A stretch of DNA of 32,000 nucleotides from Candidatus Scalindua sp. (GCA_031316235.1 JALDRA010000001.1:1950001-1982000), one strand, 5' to 3'; shown: positions 1 through 10,618, counted from the stretch's first letter. The notes: generated by a model from the sequence alone, not told the origin. Numbers and translations: made by a program.

Positions 1-83
1 TTATTTGGTTGATTTTTGTTTTTAACTGTAGCCGCTGCATTCTGTAGAGTTATTTTGATAAAGATTTCAGCATGGGGGATTAA

Positions 84-383
84 TTGAACATTATCAAGTT
101 GAAAGAGAAGGTTAAGTTTAACAGGCAATTTAGTCCTCAGATAATGTATATTTCTCCTTCATTAAAGGTGCCGCTTATCTGCCTTGAAGCCGGGCAGGAG
201 ATACCCCCGCATCCAAGTGGCGCAGGTATTTTTTGTGTTTTGGAAGGAAAAGGTGTCATGGTTGTTGGAGAGAAAGAAGTAAGTCTCTCCCCGGGGCAAG
301 TCGTGGTAGCGCCAGAGGGTTCCAAGAGAGGAATCAAGGCTATCGAGAACCTTGTAGCATTAGCCTTTCATTTAAGCTCTTAA
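84..383 (+). CDS. cupin-fold protein (cupin_2-like, degenerate metal ligands)
   Basis: 99-aa ORF. GQEIPPHPSGAGIFCVLEGKG and GQVVVAPEGSKRGIKAIEN match the spacing of cupin motifs 1 and 2, but only one His is retained. A GGGGGA Shine-Dalgarno-like run lies just upstream of the TTG start. An alternative ATG is at 143. Confidence 0.6.
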   Translation: MNIIKLKEKVKFNRQFSPQIMYISPSLKVPLICLEAGQEIPPHPSGAGIFCVLEGKGVMVVGEKEVSLSPGQVVVAPEGSKRGIKAIENLVALAFHLSS

Positions 384-393
384 GAATAGGAAA

Positions 394-693
394 ATGATGA
401 AATTAGATGAAATTGTCGAGTTTTCCAGTGAGAAAACAGTATCAAAGCTATTGCATGAAACAGAAAAAGTAAAGTCAGTTTTCCTTTGTATGAGTGAAGG
501 CCAGACAGACCTGCACGATAGTGTGAATTGCAAGGTGGCAATATTAGTATACTCCGGCTGCGGAAGTGTATCTACGAATGATGATGAATACGATGTCGAG
601 GAAAAGGATCTGATCGTGTTTGAAAGAAACGAGGACAGAGTACTTAAGGCCAGAACGAAGCTTACAGCCGTTGTTACATTTATACAGGAATAA
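394..693 (+). CDS. small cupin-like beta-barrel protein (weak assignment)
   Basis: 99-aa ORF, the same length as the upstream cupin and 10 nt downstream of it. AGGAAA SD. EGQTDLHDSVNCKVAILVYSGCGSV ... LIVFERNEDRVLKA follows cupin motif spacing only loosely. Confidence 0.4.
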   Translation: MMKLDEIVEFSSEKTVSKLLHETEKVKSVFLCMSEGQTDLHDSVNCKVAILVYSGCGSVSTNDDEYDVEEKDLIVFERNEDRVLKARTKLTAVVTFIQE

Positions 694-722
694 TAATTTT
701 TTATAATGAAAGGAATAAGATA

Positions 723-959
723 ATGTCTGAAAGTAAAACGGTTACCCTGGATGTTCGAGATATCCAGCCGCGTGACAGACACCCAAAAATATTTAATACC
801 TTTGATTCTTTGCAGGCGGGAGAAATGATGGTATTAATCAATGATCATGATCCGAAACCCCTTAAATATCAACTTGATGCAGAGAGAACAGGCCAGTTCG
901 ATTGGGAATATAAACTTTCAGGTCCGGAAGAATGGAAGGTAGAGATTATAAAAAAATAA
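723..959 (+). CDS. DUF2249-family small protein
   Basis: 78 aa. LDVRDIQPRDRHPKIFNTFDSLQAGEMMVLINDHDPKPLKYQL...WEY resembles the DUF2249 signature as I recall it (R..HP.I...L..G....L.NDHDP.PL..Q). AAGGAA SD. Third gene of a tightly spaced same-strand trio. Confidence 0.6.
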   Translation: MSESKTVTLDVRDIQPRDRHPKIFNTFDSLQAGEMMVLINDHDPKPLKYQLDAERTGQFDWEYKLSGPEEWKVEIIKK

Positions 960-966
960 GGGCTCT

Positions 967-2172
967 CTAACTTGTATATACTGTTCCGTCTTTCAAGAGA
1001 TTTTCGAATCTGTCCATTCCTTTTTCAATATTTTCAAAAGATGTAGCATACGATATCCTGATGTGGGAGTCTGAGCCAAAGCAGATACCAGGAATAAAAG
1101 CAACTTTGGCTTTATCAAGAACAATATCTACGAGTTCGCTGGAGGTATTTGCAGTCTTTCCAGCAATATTTTTTCCGAAGAGTTCAGAGATATTTGGAAA
1201 TACATAAAAGGCGCCTTTAGGTGATGGACACGACAGCCCTTCAATATTATTGAGTCTTTTCACAATATATTGCCTTCTCTTGTCAAATTCAGAAATCATT
1301 TTGGACACGGTATCATCTTTTTTCACGAGTGCTGCTATTGATGCCTTCTGTGTAAAAGAGTTTGGACATGAGGTTGAATGGTCCTGTATAAGTGTGGCAG
1401 CTGTGATCAATTCTTCTGGACCAGCTGTGTAGCCTATACGCCAACCAGTCATTGAGAATGTTTTGGAAAGACCGTTAATAGTAATAACATTGTTAAAAAA
1501 ATTTTCTCCAAAAGAAGCTGGACTGTAATGCAATGCCCCGTCATACAGCATCTTTTCATAAATCTCATCTGATATAACATATAATCCAGCTGAAATTGCA
1601 AAATCGACAATTTCATAAAGCTCTTCTTTTGTATAAACTGTGCCTGTTGGGTTACACGGGCTGTTTAATATCAACATTTTTGTCTTATCTGTCATATTTC
1701 GCTTTAGATCATCTATGGTCAACTTAAAGTCAGTGCTGTCAGTAGTTTTAATAATCACAGGAACACTGTTTGCTAAAGTGATCTGTTCAGGATAACTCAC
1801 CCAGTAAGGTGATTGAACTAAAACTTCATCGCCCCTATTGCATAATGCAAGAATACAGTTATAGATTGAATGTTTTGCTCCGCATGAAACCATAACCTGC
1901 TGAGGGGAGTAGTTCAGTCCGTTTTCTTCAGACAATTTTTTACAGATAGCCTCCTTAAGTTCCAGAATTCCGGATGTGGGTGTATACTTGGTAAAACCTT
2001 TTTGTATAGATTCAATTGCGGCTGCTTTTATGTAGTCCGGAGTATCAAAATCAGGTTCTCCTGCTCCAAAACCAATAACATCAATACCCTGTGAGATCAT
2101 GTGTTTTACCTTGCTCGTTATAGCCATAGTAGCTGAAGGTTTAATTTTTTTTACCAGATGAGAAACTATCAT
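967..2172 (-). CDS. class I/II PLP-dependent aminotransferase, aspartate aminotransferase-like
   Basis: 401 aa. GEPDFDTP, NSPCNPTG and SKTFSMTGWRIGY (PLP-lysine motif) are typical of AspB/AspC-type aminotransferases. Confidence 0.9.
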   Translation of the reverse strand: MIVSHLVKKIKPSATMAITSKVKHMISQGIDVIGFGAGEPDFDTPDYIKAAAIESIQKGFTKYTPTSGILELKEAICKKLSEENGLNYSPQQVMVSCGAKHSIYNCILALCNRGDEVLVQSPYWVSYPEQITLANSVPVIIKTTDSTDFKLTIDDLKRNMTDKTKMLILNSPCNPTGTVYTKEELYEIVDFAISAGLYVISDEIYEKMLYDGALHYSPASFGENFFNNVITINGLSKTFSMTGWRIGYTAGPEELITAATLIQDHSTSCPNSFTQKASIAALVKKDDTVSKMISEFDKRRQYIVKRLNNIEGLSCPSPKGAFYVFPNISELFGKNIAGKTANTSSELVDIVLDKAKVAFIPGICFGSDSHIRISYATSFENIEKGMDRFENLLKDGTVYTS

Positions 2173-2408
2173 AACTCGTTTTAATATAAAATTGTTGAAA
2201 TGATATAAATTTTAGCACTTGGTTTAGTAATGTATTAAAACAGGCAGGGAAAGTCAACAAATTTGTATTTTTCTCTGTTTTTTTAAGATACTTTTTTAAC
2301 TGCTTTTATATTTTAATGGCACTTTTATCGAGCGGAATAGAGAGAAAATTACGTTACAAATTATGAAAAATGAGAGATGTGATATGGAGAGGATGGTGGG
2401 GAAAACGA

Positions 2409-2436
2409 TTGACAAAGGATCCGGCTGATATATAAT
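2409..2436 (+). promoter_or_regulatory. sigma70-like promoter candidate for the DASS transporter operon
   Basis: TTGACA (2409-2414), a 16-nt spacer, then TATAAT (2431-2436). It lies about 125 nt upstream of the transporter start. Confidence 0.4.
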
Positions 2437-2562
2437 CGGCATCTGTCTTACGTGAGATCTTTACATCCCATAAAGTTAACCGGAGCCTTCCATTAAGGAA
2501 ATATTCCAACTTGATGAAAATTGTATCCGAAAACCATTATAAGATGAGCATGGCTTCATAAA

Positions 2563-3960
2563 TTGAACTATTCCTTGAGAAAAAATTACCGTTATTTCAT
2601 CATTTTCTTTGCCATATCGGCATTTATATTTATATTATATTTACCGGAAACAGAAGGTCTTACCGAAGATGGCAAAAAAGCCCTGGCTATCTTTGTGGTC
2701 TGTGTTTTGTTCTGGATCACACATATCATTCCGTTAATGATAACAAGTCTTCTCGCCATTATACTTTTTCCTCTGATGGGAGTGATGTCAGCAGATAAGG
2801 TTTATTCACTTTTCGGTAACCAGTCAGTTTTTTTTATTCTGGGCTCATTCATTCTTGCGTCTTCTGTAACAAGAACAGGTTTAAGTAACAGAATGGCACT
2901 CGTTTTTTTGAGATGGTTTGGGCGTTCGCCTAAAATATTGCTTTTGGGAGTAATGGTTTTGTCGGCGTTTCTTTCGTTCTGGATGTCGGAACATGCTGTT
3001 GCTGCTATGATGTTTCCTATTGTAATAGCACTTTCTGAGAGCTTGGAATTGAAGTCTTATGAGAGTAATTATGGGAAGGTGCTTTTCCTGGCAATGGCTT
3101 GGGGATGTATTATTGGTGGCGTGGCAACGTTTTTAGGGGGAGCAAGGGCACCATTGGCGGTTGGAATACTTCGTGATACTACCGGAATATCTGTTGATTT
3201 TATTACGTGGACATTAGCTACATTGCCAACGGTGATCGTGACGCTCTTTGCGGTATATTGGTTACTTATTTTACTCTATCCCATTGAAGTGAAGGAGGTA
3301 GCGAAAGCACAAAAATTCCTGCTTAACAGAATCTCCTCAGTTGGGAAAGCGAAAAGGAAAGAGTGGTTTGTCGGGATTTTGATGGTTGGAACAATTTTCT
3401 CCTGGATCTGTTTTGGAGAGAAGTATGGTCTTGCCAATATCGCTTTAGCAGCTGTAGTTATTGCATTTGTTTTTAATCTATTGCGATGGAGTGAAGTCGA
3501 GGAGGATGTAAACTGGGGTCTAATCCTTATGTATGGAGGTGCAATATGCCTTGGTTTAGCCTTAGGGAATACCGGTGCTGTTAAGTGGTTGGTTGATATA
3601 ACCCCTTTAGGTTCAGTTCAATCGCCATTTGTTTTAATTGTAATTATATCGTTCATTGCAATTTTTTTAACCGAAGCAATAAGCAATACGGCAGTCGTGG
3701 CACTTATGATGCCCATAACCATAGGTCTTGCAATTGATCTTTCAATTAATCCTGTCATAACGACTTTAGCAGTAACTGTACCTTCCGGATTAGCTTTCAT
3801 TTTACCTATGGGTACACCGGCAATGGCAATCGCATATTCATCAGGGTATATTAGACCACGGGATACATTTATAAGTGGGTTAATTCTGAAAATTGTTGCA
3901 TGGTTTTTCTTTGTTATTTTTGCCTATTATTATTGGCCAATCCTGGGAATTACGTGGTGA
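2563..3960 (+). CDS. DASS/SLC13-family anion:sodium symporter (ArsB/NhaD permease superfamily)
   Basis: 465 aa and polytopic. It carries a duplicated hairpin-type motif, SEHAVAAMMFPI and the canonical ISNTAVVALMMPI (the SNT motif of DASS carriers). TTG start, with no in-frame ATG before aa 59. Confidence 0.85.
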   Translation: MNYSLRKNYRYFIIFFAISAFIFILYLPETEGLTEDGKKALAIFVVCVLFWITHIIPLMITSLLAIILFPLMGVMSADKVYSLFGNQSVFFILGSFILASSVTRTGLSNRMALVFLRWFGRSPKILLLGVMVLSAFLSFWMSEHAVAAMMFPIVIALSESLELKSYESNYGKVLFLAMAWGCIIGGVATFLGGARAPLAVGILRDTTGISVDFITWTLATLPTVIVTLFAVYWLLILLYPIEVKEVAKAQKFLLNRISSVGKAKRKEWFVGILMVGTIFSWICFGEKYGLANIALAAVVIAFVFNLLRWSEVEEDVNWGLILMYGGAICLGLALGNTGAVKWLVDITPLGSVQSPFVLIVIISFIAIFLTEAISNTAVVALMMPITIGLAIDLSINPVITTLAVTVPSGLAFILPMGTPAMAIAYSSGYIRPRDTFISGLILKIVAWFFFVIFAYYYWPILGITW

Positions 3961-3963
3961 AGT

Positions 3964-4428
3964 GTGGATAAATTACTATTAATACTTTCGACGACACGAA
4001 GATCAAACAAGTGTATTAAAGAAGCAATTGATATTGCGAGTAAGAGCAACATTCCATTAATTATACTCTTTGTTGTTGATGAAGAGATTCCCCAGAAGAT
4101 ACTAGAAAAAATGACTGAAGATGGTTGGATTGGTGGAAAACCAACAGAGAGTCTCTTTAATGCAGTGTTGGAAGAATATTCCGCTCAGGGTAAGGAAAAA
4201 GTTGCAGAGATTGAAGAGATGGCAAGGAGCAGGGGCGTTCAATTTGAGTCCATTATTAGAAAAGGTAAATTCTTAGATGAAGCCCTCGCGGTCGTTAATG
4301 CGGAAAATGTGAAATTAATCTTAGTAACGAGAAGGAAGAGGCTCAGTGTGTCGAGGTTTTTTTTTGGATCTGCTGTAGCTGAACTTCGCAAAAGGGTTAG
4401 CTGCGAAGTGAGAATAATAGACGAATAG
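3964..4428 (+). CDS. universal stress protein (UspA-like) family protein
   Basis: 154 aa with a GTG start 3 nt after the transporter stop. ILFVVDE near the N-terminus and a C-terminal LILVTRRK...GSAVAELRKRVSCEVRIID fit the Usp alpha/beta fold pattern (G-x2-G-x9-GS-like region). Confidence 0.7.
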   Translation: MDKLLLILSTTRRSNKCIKEAIDIASKSNIPLIILFVVDEEIPQKILEKMTEDGWIGGKPTESLFNAVLEEYSAQGKEKVAEIEEMARSRGVQFESIIRKGKFLDEALAVVNAENVKLILVTRRKRLSVSRFFFGSAVAELRKRVSCEVRIIDE

Positions 4429-4566
4429 TGAAACTCAGATATCCGTAATGAATCAAAACAAACCTTTCAGCAGGTTCTGGGGTATGAATAAGGTCAGTTT
4501 TGTAATTGTCTCAATACCATTGAAACAATCAGTACATATTTATTCATGTTTTAGCCTGGCCATGGA

Positions 4567-6201
4567 ATGGAAACAGAAAATATGCTCAAAAAGTATTTAG
4601 TTTCGTTTGACAGTAAAAGACTGAAACATGTGTATACTGATACTCTCATAATAGGTAGTGGTATTGGGGGCTTAAGTACTGCCATTCAAGCGGCAGAAGG
4701 AGGATCAGTCTTAATAGTTTCAAAGGCGAAGATTAATGAAAACAGTACTGAATATGCACAGGGCGGAATTGCTGTGTGTTTAAATCCTGAAGACAGTTTT
4801 GCAAATCACATTAATGATACGCTTGATACCGGACAGGGTCTTTGTGACAAAGAGGTAGTCAGCAGTGTAATACGGGAAGGTCCGCAACGAATAGAAGAAT
4901 TAATAAAATGGGGCGCAAACTTTGATAAAGAAAATGGCATATTGGTCTGCACAAAAGAAGGGGGACATAGCTTTACGAGAATACTCAGGGCAAGGGGGGA
5001 CTCAACAGGTAAAGAGATCGAGGATACTCTCATAAAGGAGGTATTAAACCATTCGAATATCGAGGTTCTTGAGTATACATTTGCCATTGATCTCCTCATA
5101 GATAATAATTCTTGTAAAGGTATCCTGGCCTGGAGAAAAAAGGAGGGAAAAATAATCATACGTGCTAAATCTGTTATATTAGCTTCAGGTGGTTGCGGAC
5201 AGGTTTACAGAGAAACCACAAATCCGGAAGTATCAACCGGAGATGGGATTGCGATAGCTTACCGCGCGGGAGCAATGCTTCAGGATCTGGAATTTATGCA
5301 ATTTCATCCGACAACACTGTATGTAGCTGGAGCGGAAAGAGTCCTGATTTCTGAGACAGTTCGGGGAGAGGGTGGAATTTTACGAAATAAGTATGGTGAG
5401 AGATTTATGCCCAAATACGATTCAAAAGCAGAATTAGCTCCGAGAGATATTGTCAGTAAGAGCATTTTACATGAAATACGAAAGACGAATTATACCCATG
5501 TTTTTCTTGATGTGAGACATATTTCAAAAGAGAAGCTGAGTAAGAGATTTCCTAAAATTAAAGAACTTTGTGCCTCGTTTGGTATCGATATATCCAAACA
5601 ATTGATACCGGTGCATCCAAGTGCACACTATATTATTGGTGGTGTGAAAGTAGATCAAAAGGGCAGGACAAGCATTAAAAATTTGTATGCGACGGGTGAA
5701 GTTGCATGTACAGGATTACATGGTGCAAACCGCCTGGGTAGCAACTCACTATTAGAGGGTCTGGTCTTTGGCTACAGGATTGGTAAACAGATCGGTACAA
5801 GAGTTGATACGATAAAGACAGAAGATTTATCATCCAGCTTTTTCCAGGAATCTTTACAGAAGCATAGATATGGTGAACTTGATTTGGAAGATGTAAAAAA
5901 TTCACTCAGAAGTATTATGTGGAGGTATCTCGGAATTGAAAGAGAGGGAAAATATATTGCTGAAGCAGTTAAAAATATTACTCATTGGTCTAAATATATT
6001 ATGGACAATGAATTTTCAACTCCACTTGGTTGGGAAGTCCAGAATATGTTGATTGTTACCCGGTTAATTTGTGTTTCAGCTTCAAAAAGGCGTGAATCAA
6101 GGGGCGTACACTTCCGTTTAGACTTTCCTGAATGTGATGATGAAAAGTGGAAAAAACACATAACCGTTTGTAATGGAAAATATGGTTTTGAACCATGTTG
6201 A
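4567..6201 (+). CDS. nadB: L-aspartate oxidase
   Basis: 544 aa. FAD dinucleotide fold IIGSGIGGLSTAI, plus QGGIA, FHPT, ETVRGEGG, APRDIVS, GEVACTGLHGANRLGSNSLLEGLVFG and ESRGVHFR. These are the classic NadB / succinate dehydrogenase flavoprotein family motifs. Confidence 0.95.
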   Translation: METENMLKKYLVSFDSKRLKHVYTDTLIIGSGIGGLSTAIQAAEGGSVLIVSKAKINENSTEYAQGGIAVCLNPEDSFANHINDTLDTGQGLCDKEVVSSVIREGPQRIEELIKWGANFDKENGILVCTKEGGHSFTRILRARGDSTGKEIEDTLIKEVLNHSNIEVLEYTFAIDLLIDNNSCKGILAWRKKEGKIIIRAKSVILASGGCGQVYRETTNPEVSTGDGIAIAYRAGAMLQDLEFMQFHPTTLYVAGAERVLISETVRGEGGILRNKYGERFMPKYDSKAELAPRDIVSKSILHEIRKTNYTHVFLDVRHISKEKLSKRFPKIKELCASFGIDISKQLIPVHPSAHYIIGGVKVDQKGRTSIKNLYATGEVACTGLHGANRLGSNSLLEGLVFGYRIGKQIGTRVDTIKTEDLSSSFFQESLQKHRYGELDLEDVKNSLRSIMWRYLGIEREGKYIAEAVKNITHWSKYIMDNEFSTPLGWEVQNMLIVTRLICVSASKRRESRGVHFRLDFPECDDEKWKKHITVCNGKYGFEPC

Positions 6202-6230
6202 CCGATTTCTCATCAGTCTTATATCGTGGA

Positions 6231-7160
6231 TTATGAGAAATCTAAGGATATATCTAGTGCATCGGCAGAGTGGGTTATCCTGCCGACCGAGATTCTATCT
6301 ACACCGGTCTTTGCATACGCTTCAACATTATCAAGTGAAATGTTGCCTGAAGCCTCTATCAAGGTGTGTTTAACTGGAGTTCTTTTTTCAGCCTCTTCAT
6401 ATTCCTCAATTATCTTTGTGGCTTTTACCATTTCTGATGGGCTCATATTATCCAGCATAATAATGTCAACCCCCGCTTCCAGGACCATTTTAATACTGCT
6501 GATATCTTCAACTTCGACCTCTATGAGAACTTTATTCCCGGTAACTTTCCTGGCTCTTTGCACAAGCCTGTAAATAGTTGATACACTGCCTTTCCTGGGC
6601 AGATCTGTGCTCTCAGTCTCATGTCGATCAATTCCAATAATCCTGAGATGATTGTCTTTTAACAGGATCTGATCATAAAGCCCCATCCTGTGATTGTGGC
6701 CGCCTCCCATCCTTACAGCATAACGTTCCAGGTAACGCAGTCCCGGAGTGGTCTTTCGAGTGTCCATAATCCGTGCAGGATAATCCTTGACTCTTTCAAC
6801 AAACCTGTTTGTCATTGTTGCAATACCAGAAAGTCTTTGTAAAAAATTTAACACAACTCTCTCCGCTGTGAGCATTGATATTGTAGAACCTTTTACCTCT
6901 GCTATTTTTGTACCCGCTAGAATTCTGGTCCCATCATCAACATGTGCCGTAAACAATAAATCCTGGTCTATTTGAGAAAAGACATATTTGGCAACGGGTA
7001 AACCTGCAACGATACCTGATTCCTTGGCCACAAAGGTTCCCTCTGTCACTGATCCTTCAGGCACAAAGATCCTTGAAGTAAGATCCCCGCTACCGATGTC
7101 TTCTTTTAAGGCCAGGTGAACAATCTCCTGTATCTGATCTGTTTCAAATTTTACCTGCAT
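6231..7160 (-). CDS. nadC: nicotinate-nucleotide pyrophosphorylase (quinolinate phosphoribosyltransferase)
   Basis: 309 aa. [77 protein letters not shown]. There is an extra segment of about 15 aa between LKDNH and IEVEVE. Confidence 0.95.
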   Translation of the reverse strand: MQVKFETDQIQEIVHLALKEDIGSGDLTSRIFVPEGSVTEGTFVAKESGIVAGLPVAKYVFSQIDQDLLFTAHVDDGTRILAGTKIAEVKGSTISMLTAERVVLNFLQRLSGIATMTNRFVERVKDYPARIMDTRKTTPGLRYLERYAVRMGGGHNHRMGLYDQILLKDNHLRIIGIDRHETESTDLPRKGSVSTIYRLVQRARKVTGNKVLIEVEVEDISSIKMVLEAGVDIIMLDNMSPSEMVKATKIIEEYEEAEKRTPVKHTLIEASGNISLDNVEAYAKTGVDRISVGRITHSADALDISLDFS

Positions 7161-9135
7161 GTAATCCTCCCGCTTCGCTCTGCAACAGGGTAATTCTGTC
7201 TCTTATTTCTGCTGCTTTCTCGAAATGTAATTCACGTGCGGCATTGAGCATCTCTTCCTCAAGTTCTCTTATATATTCTTGTGTTATATACACAGTCTCT
7301 TCTTCTTTTACCATCTCCCTTACTATTTTTCTGGAGGCAATTTCTTCACCAATGCTTTTTCTTACAGCTTTACGGATAGTCTGCGGTTTGATGTTGTTTT
7401 GTTGATTATGTTTCATCTGGATCGTACGCCTTCTCTCCGTTTCCTCTATCGCCTTCTGCATGGACCGGGTAACCTGATCTCCATACAGGATAACCTCTGC
7501 ATTTACGTTTCTGGCCGTTCTTCCAATAGTCTGAATAAGCGATGTTACAGAACGAAGAAACCCTTCTTTATCCGCATCAAGGATTGCCGCCAATGAAACC
7601 TCCGGCAGATCCAACCCTTCCCGCAGGAGGTTTACCCCGATTACAACGTCAAACTTGCCTAGCCGCAGATCTCTCAGTATCTCGACACGTTCAATTGCAT
7701 TGAGTTCTGAATGGAGGTACATTCCACTGTACCCCTCTTCGCTTATATATTCATATAAATCTTCTGCCAGCCGTTTAGTTAAAGTCGTAACGAGAACTCG
7801 TTCTTTTCTGTTTACCCTCTTTTTAATCTGTTTGAGGAGATCTTTGACCTGTGTTTTTGCAGGTAATACTCTGACAATAGGATCCAAAAGGCCGGTGGGT
7901 CTTATAATTTGTTCAACAACTTCACCGTTACATTCAGCTATTTCATACTCTGAAGGTGTTGCAGATACATAGAGGACCTGATTAACCATTCTTTCCCATT
8001 CGTCAAAACGTAAAGGCCTGTTATCCAATGCTGAAGGGAGTCTAAACCCATACTTGACAAGTGTTTCCTTACGTGACCGATCACCATGGTACATTCCGCG
8101 AATCTGTGGTATAGCAACGTGAGATTCATCTATTATGAGAAAAAAATCGTCTGGTAGATAATCTAACAGGGTATAAGGACGTTCTCCGGGGGCGCGTCCA
8201 CTTATGTGTCGAGAATAGTTTTCGATTCCGTGACAGTACCCTATCTCAGAAAGCATTTCCATATCATAACGGGTTTTTGCTTCAAGACGCTGCGCCTCAA
8301 AATCCTTATTTTGCGAACGAAGTTCCTTCAGCCACGCATTCAACTCAATCTCAATTGACTCTACAACTTTTTCAACTTTTCCCTCAGGCATCACAAAGTG
8401 TTTGGCCGGGTAAATCGAAATCTCTTCCAACTCATGCAGCCTGTCACCTGTCAATGGATCAATAATGGAAAGTTTATCTATCTCGTCTCCAAACAACTCA
8501 ATACGATACGCAAATTCCTCATAGGCAGGAAACACCTCAATGACATCACCCTGAACACGAAATACCCCTCGTTCAAATTTTAAATCATTTCTTTCATAAA
8601 GAATGTCTACAAATTTGGTTAAGAGTACATTTCGTTCTATCTCCTCTCCTCTCTTTAAGTGTACGTACATTTCACTGTATTCTTCAGGAGATCCTAAACC
8701 ATAGATACACGATACACTTGCCACAAGTATCACGTCTTTTCGAGTCATAAGAGCACTTGTTGCAGCCAGGCGGAGACGATCGATTTCCTGATTTATTGTT
8801 GCCTCTTTTTCAATATAAATATCCCTTTGGGGAATATATGCCTCAGGCTGGTAATAATCATAGTAACTTACAAAATAACCAACAGAATTTTCAGGGAAGA
8901 AATCTTTAAATTCACTGTACAGTTGAGCAGCAAGAGTCTTGTTGTGTGACATAACAAGTGTCGGTTTTCCTAACGACGCAATTACGTTTGCCATCGTAAA
9001 CGTTTTACCGGAACCGGTTACCCCTAAAAGGGTCTGCTGTTTTTTTCCGGCCTTAAAATTTCTTGTTAACGTTCTTATCGCTTCGGGTTGGTCACCCTGA
9101 GGCTCGAATTCTGATACTAATCTGAAAATTGACAT
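7144..9135 (-). CDS. uvrB: excinuclease ABC subunit B
   Basis: 663 aa. Walker [15 protein letters not shown] box, helicase motifs, beta-hairpin region [10 protein letters not shown], and the C-terminal UVR domain [24 protein letters not shown]. The stop overlaps the nadC start by 17 nt. Confidence 0.97.
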   Translation of the reverse strand: MSIFRLVSEFEPQGDQPEAIRTLTRNFKAGKKQQTLLGVTGSGKTFTMANVIASLGKPTLVMSHNKTLAAQLYSEFKDFFPENSVGYFVSYYDYYQPEAYIPQRDIYIEKEATINQEIDRLRLAATSALMTRKDVILVASVSCIYGLGSPEEYSEMYVHLKRGEEIERNVLLTKFVDILYERNDLKFERGVFRVQGDVIEVFPAYEEFAYRIELFGDEIDKLSIIDPLTGDRLHELEEISIYPAKHFVMPEGKVEKVVESIEIELNAWLKELRSQNKDFEAQRLEAKTRYDMEMLSEIGYCHGIENYSRHISGRAPGERPYTLLDYLPDDFFLIIDESHVAIPQIRGMYHGDRSRKETLVKYGFRLPSALDNRPLRFDEWERMVNQVLYVSATPSEYEIAECNGEVVEQIIRPTGLLDPIVRVLPAKTQVKDLLKQIKKRVNRKERVLVTTLTKRLAEDLYEYISEEGYSGMYLHSELNAIERVEILRDLRLGKFDVVIGVNLLREGLDLPEVSLAAILDADKEGFLRSVTSLIQTIGRTARNVNAEVILYGDQVTRSMQKAIEETERRRTIQMKHNQQNNIKPQTIRKAVRKSIGEEIASRKIVREMVKEEETVYITQEYIRELEEEMLNAARELHFEKAAEIRDRITLLQSEAGGLHAGKI

Positions 9136-9238
9136 TTTTTACTCAGGGGGTCTCTTTAACCAGCTGAAAAAAGAATTGGAAGCCTCGCCCTTGCTGCAAA
9201 GTGCGTAGAGAGGTAATTTTTTTACTCACCTCCTTGCT

Positions 9239-10447
9239 TTACCTAAAAAATTTTGTACCCTTATATTTAGCAATACTTTCATCTATCAAAACCTTAAAAA
9301 CAGATAAGATTGGTACAGCAAGCAAAAGACCCAAAAAGCCTAATAATTGGCTGCACACCAGGATTGCAAGGATAATGGCTACAGGATTTAATCCGAGTTT
9401 TTTACCTACAATCTTTGGCGTTATCAGCGTGCCCTCGAAAAATTGTCCTACCCCAAAAACGAGACCTACTAAAAGGAGATTTGAAATATCCTGATATTGG
9501 ATATAGGAGAGGATGAGAGCAGGAACGAGTCCAAAGCATATGCCAATGTAGGGTATGATGTTTCCAAATCCCCCCATAACGGCCAGCAAATAAGACATGG
9601 GGGTCCCGATTATGGTGAGCCCGGTACCATAAATGAATGTCAGGATTACACAAACCGTTATCTGCCCTCTAAAAAACGCTCTGAGATTTTCGTCTATCCT
9701 TTTAAATATATCAGAAATTTTCTCTTTTCTATCAAGCGGCAGCAATTCTCTACTCTTTGCTACAATAGTATTAAAATCCTTTAAGAGGTATACTGTTACA
9801 ACTCCAAACAACAGGATATTCATAATCATTCCCAGAAAACCAAATGTGCTGAAGAAAATAGTTTTTAAAATCCCTATGGTAAAGATTAACGCTTCTGGCG
9901 TATATTTCTTCAAATCAAGTATGGATTGTGGAATAGAAGAGCGAGAGGAACTGGATCTCTTTTCATCTGAAGATGAAGTCTCTCCCTTTTCCTGGTCTCT
10001 ATTTGTTGAATCTTCTTTTCCGGCAGTCTTGCCCTCGATCTGTTTGATAAGGAATGCTCCAATTTCAGTATCACGGTATTCTTCAATAATTTTTTCCACA
10101 CTCCCCTGATATTTCGGGTATTGTTCCTTGAGTAGTGTCCCCACACGCACGATACCTGTAATCGTTTTGGGAATCGTGTATGTTAGCAACCCTCCCATAA
10201 TCAGGATCAGCCCTGTTATGAGCACTCCTATTGCAAGGCTGCGGGGAATGTATATCTTTAAGAACAAGAGCTTTTTACCTGAAATGAAGTCCACTACCGG
10301 ATCAAATATATATGCTATGGTGAAGGCGAGAAAGAGTGAGATCAAGATACCTCTCAGGAAATAACCCAGGAAAAAGAAAAGGGTTACCATACATAACCCT
10401 ATAATGGCTCGTATCCACATATTTTCCAGTAGTTTTTGGTTTTCCAT
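9239..10447 (-). CDS. AI-2E family transporter (PerM/UPF0118)
   Basis: 402 aa with about 8 predicted TM segments. The C-terminal half, GFGNIIPYIGICFG...ITPKIVGKKLGLNPVAIILAILV, is typical of AI-2E/PerM. A Ser/Glu/Lys-rich loop of about 45 aa sits in the middle. Confidence 0.85.
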   Translation of the reverse strand: MENQKLLENMWIRAIIGLCMVTLFFFLGYFLRGILISLFLAFTIAYIFDPVVDFISGKKLLFLKIYIPRSLAIGVLITGLILIMGGLLTYTIPKTITGIVRVGTLLKEQYPKYQGSVEKIIEEYRDTEIGAFLIKQIEGKTAGKEDSTNRDQEKGETSSSDEKRSSSSRSSIPQSILDLKKYTPEALIFTIGILKTIFFSTFGFLGMIMNILLFGVVTVYLLKDFNTIVAKSRELLPLDRKEKISDIFKRIDENLRAFFRGQITVCVILTFIYGTGLTIIGTPMSYLLAVMGGFGNIIPYIGICFGLVPALILSYIQYQDISNLLLVGLVFGVGQFFEGTLITPKIVGKKLGLNPVAIILAILVCSQLLGFLGLLLAVPILSVFKVLIDESIAKYKGTKFFR

Positions 10448-10618
10448 AAATTAGCTTGCTTTCCGCCTGAACGAAGTCAGGCAGGAGTTCTCTTCATTGA
10501 CAGTTAAACCTGATTAATCGAGCGGCTGCAACAGACCATAAATGCATTTGTCCTGTTTATTGAGCTGACAATATGCTCATTGTATTAAGGCAGAGCCTTC
10601 TGTTCAGGAGAAACGTTA

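Noticed and set aside
1-40. Possible minus-strand gene start (ATG at 38-40) running off the left edge
   Set aside because: Only 13 codons are visible, which is not enough to support a feature.
372-782. 136-aa minus-strand ORF
   Set aside because: It is antisense to the cupin-like and DUF2249 genes, has low-complexity Ser/Thr/Phe-rich composition, and shows no recognisable motif. It looks like a shadow ORF.
2212-2232. TTAGCACTT resembling a CIRCE (HrcA) half-site upstream of the aminotransferase
   Set aside because: No matching inverted half (GAGTGCTAA) lies at the required 9-nt spacing.
6226-6573. 115-aa plus-strand ORF (and 6173-6373)
   Set aside because: It lies entirely antisense to the strongly supported nadC gene and has no motifs.
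9633-10109. 158-aa plus-strand ORF and neighbouring ORFs 9201-9784 and 10128-10364
   Set aside because: All are antisense to, or out of frame with, the AI-2E transporter gene and are typical AT-rich shadow ORFs.
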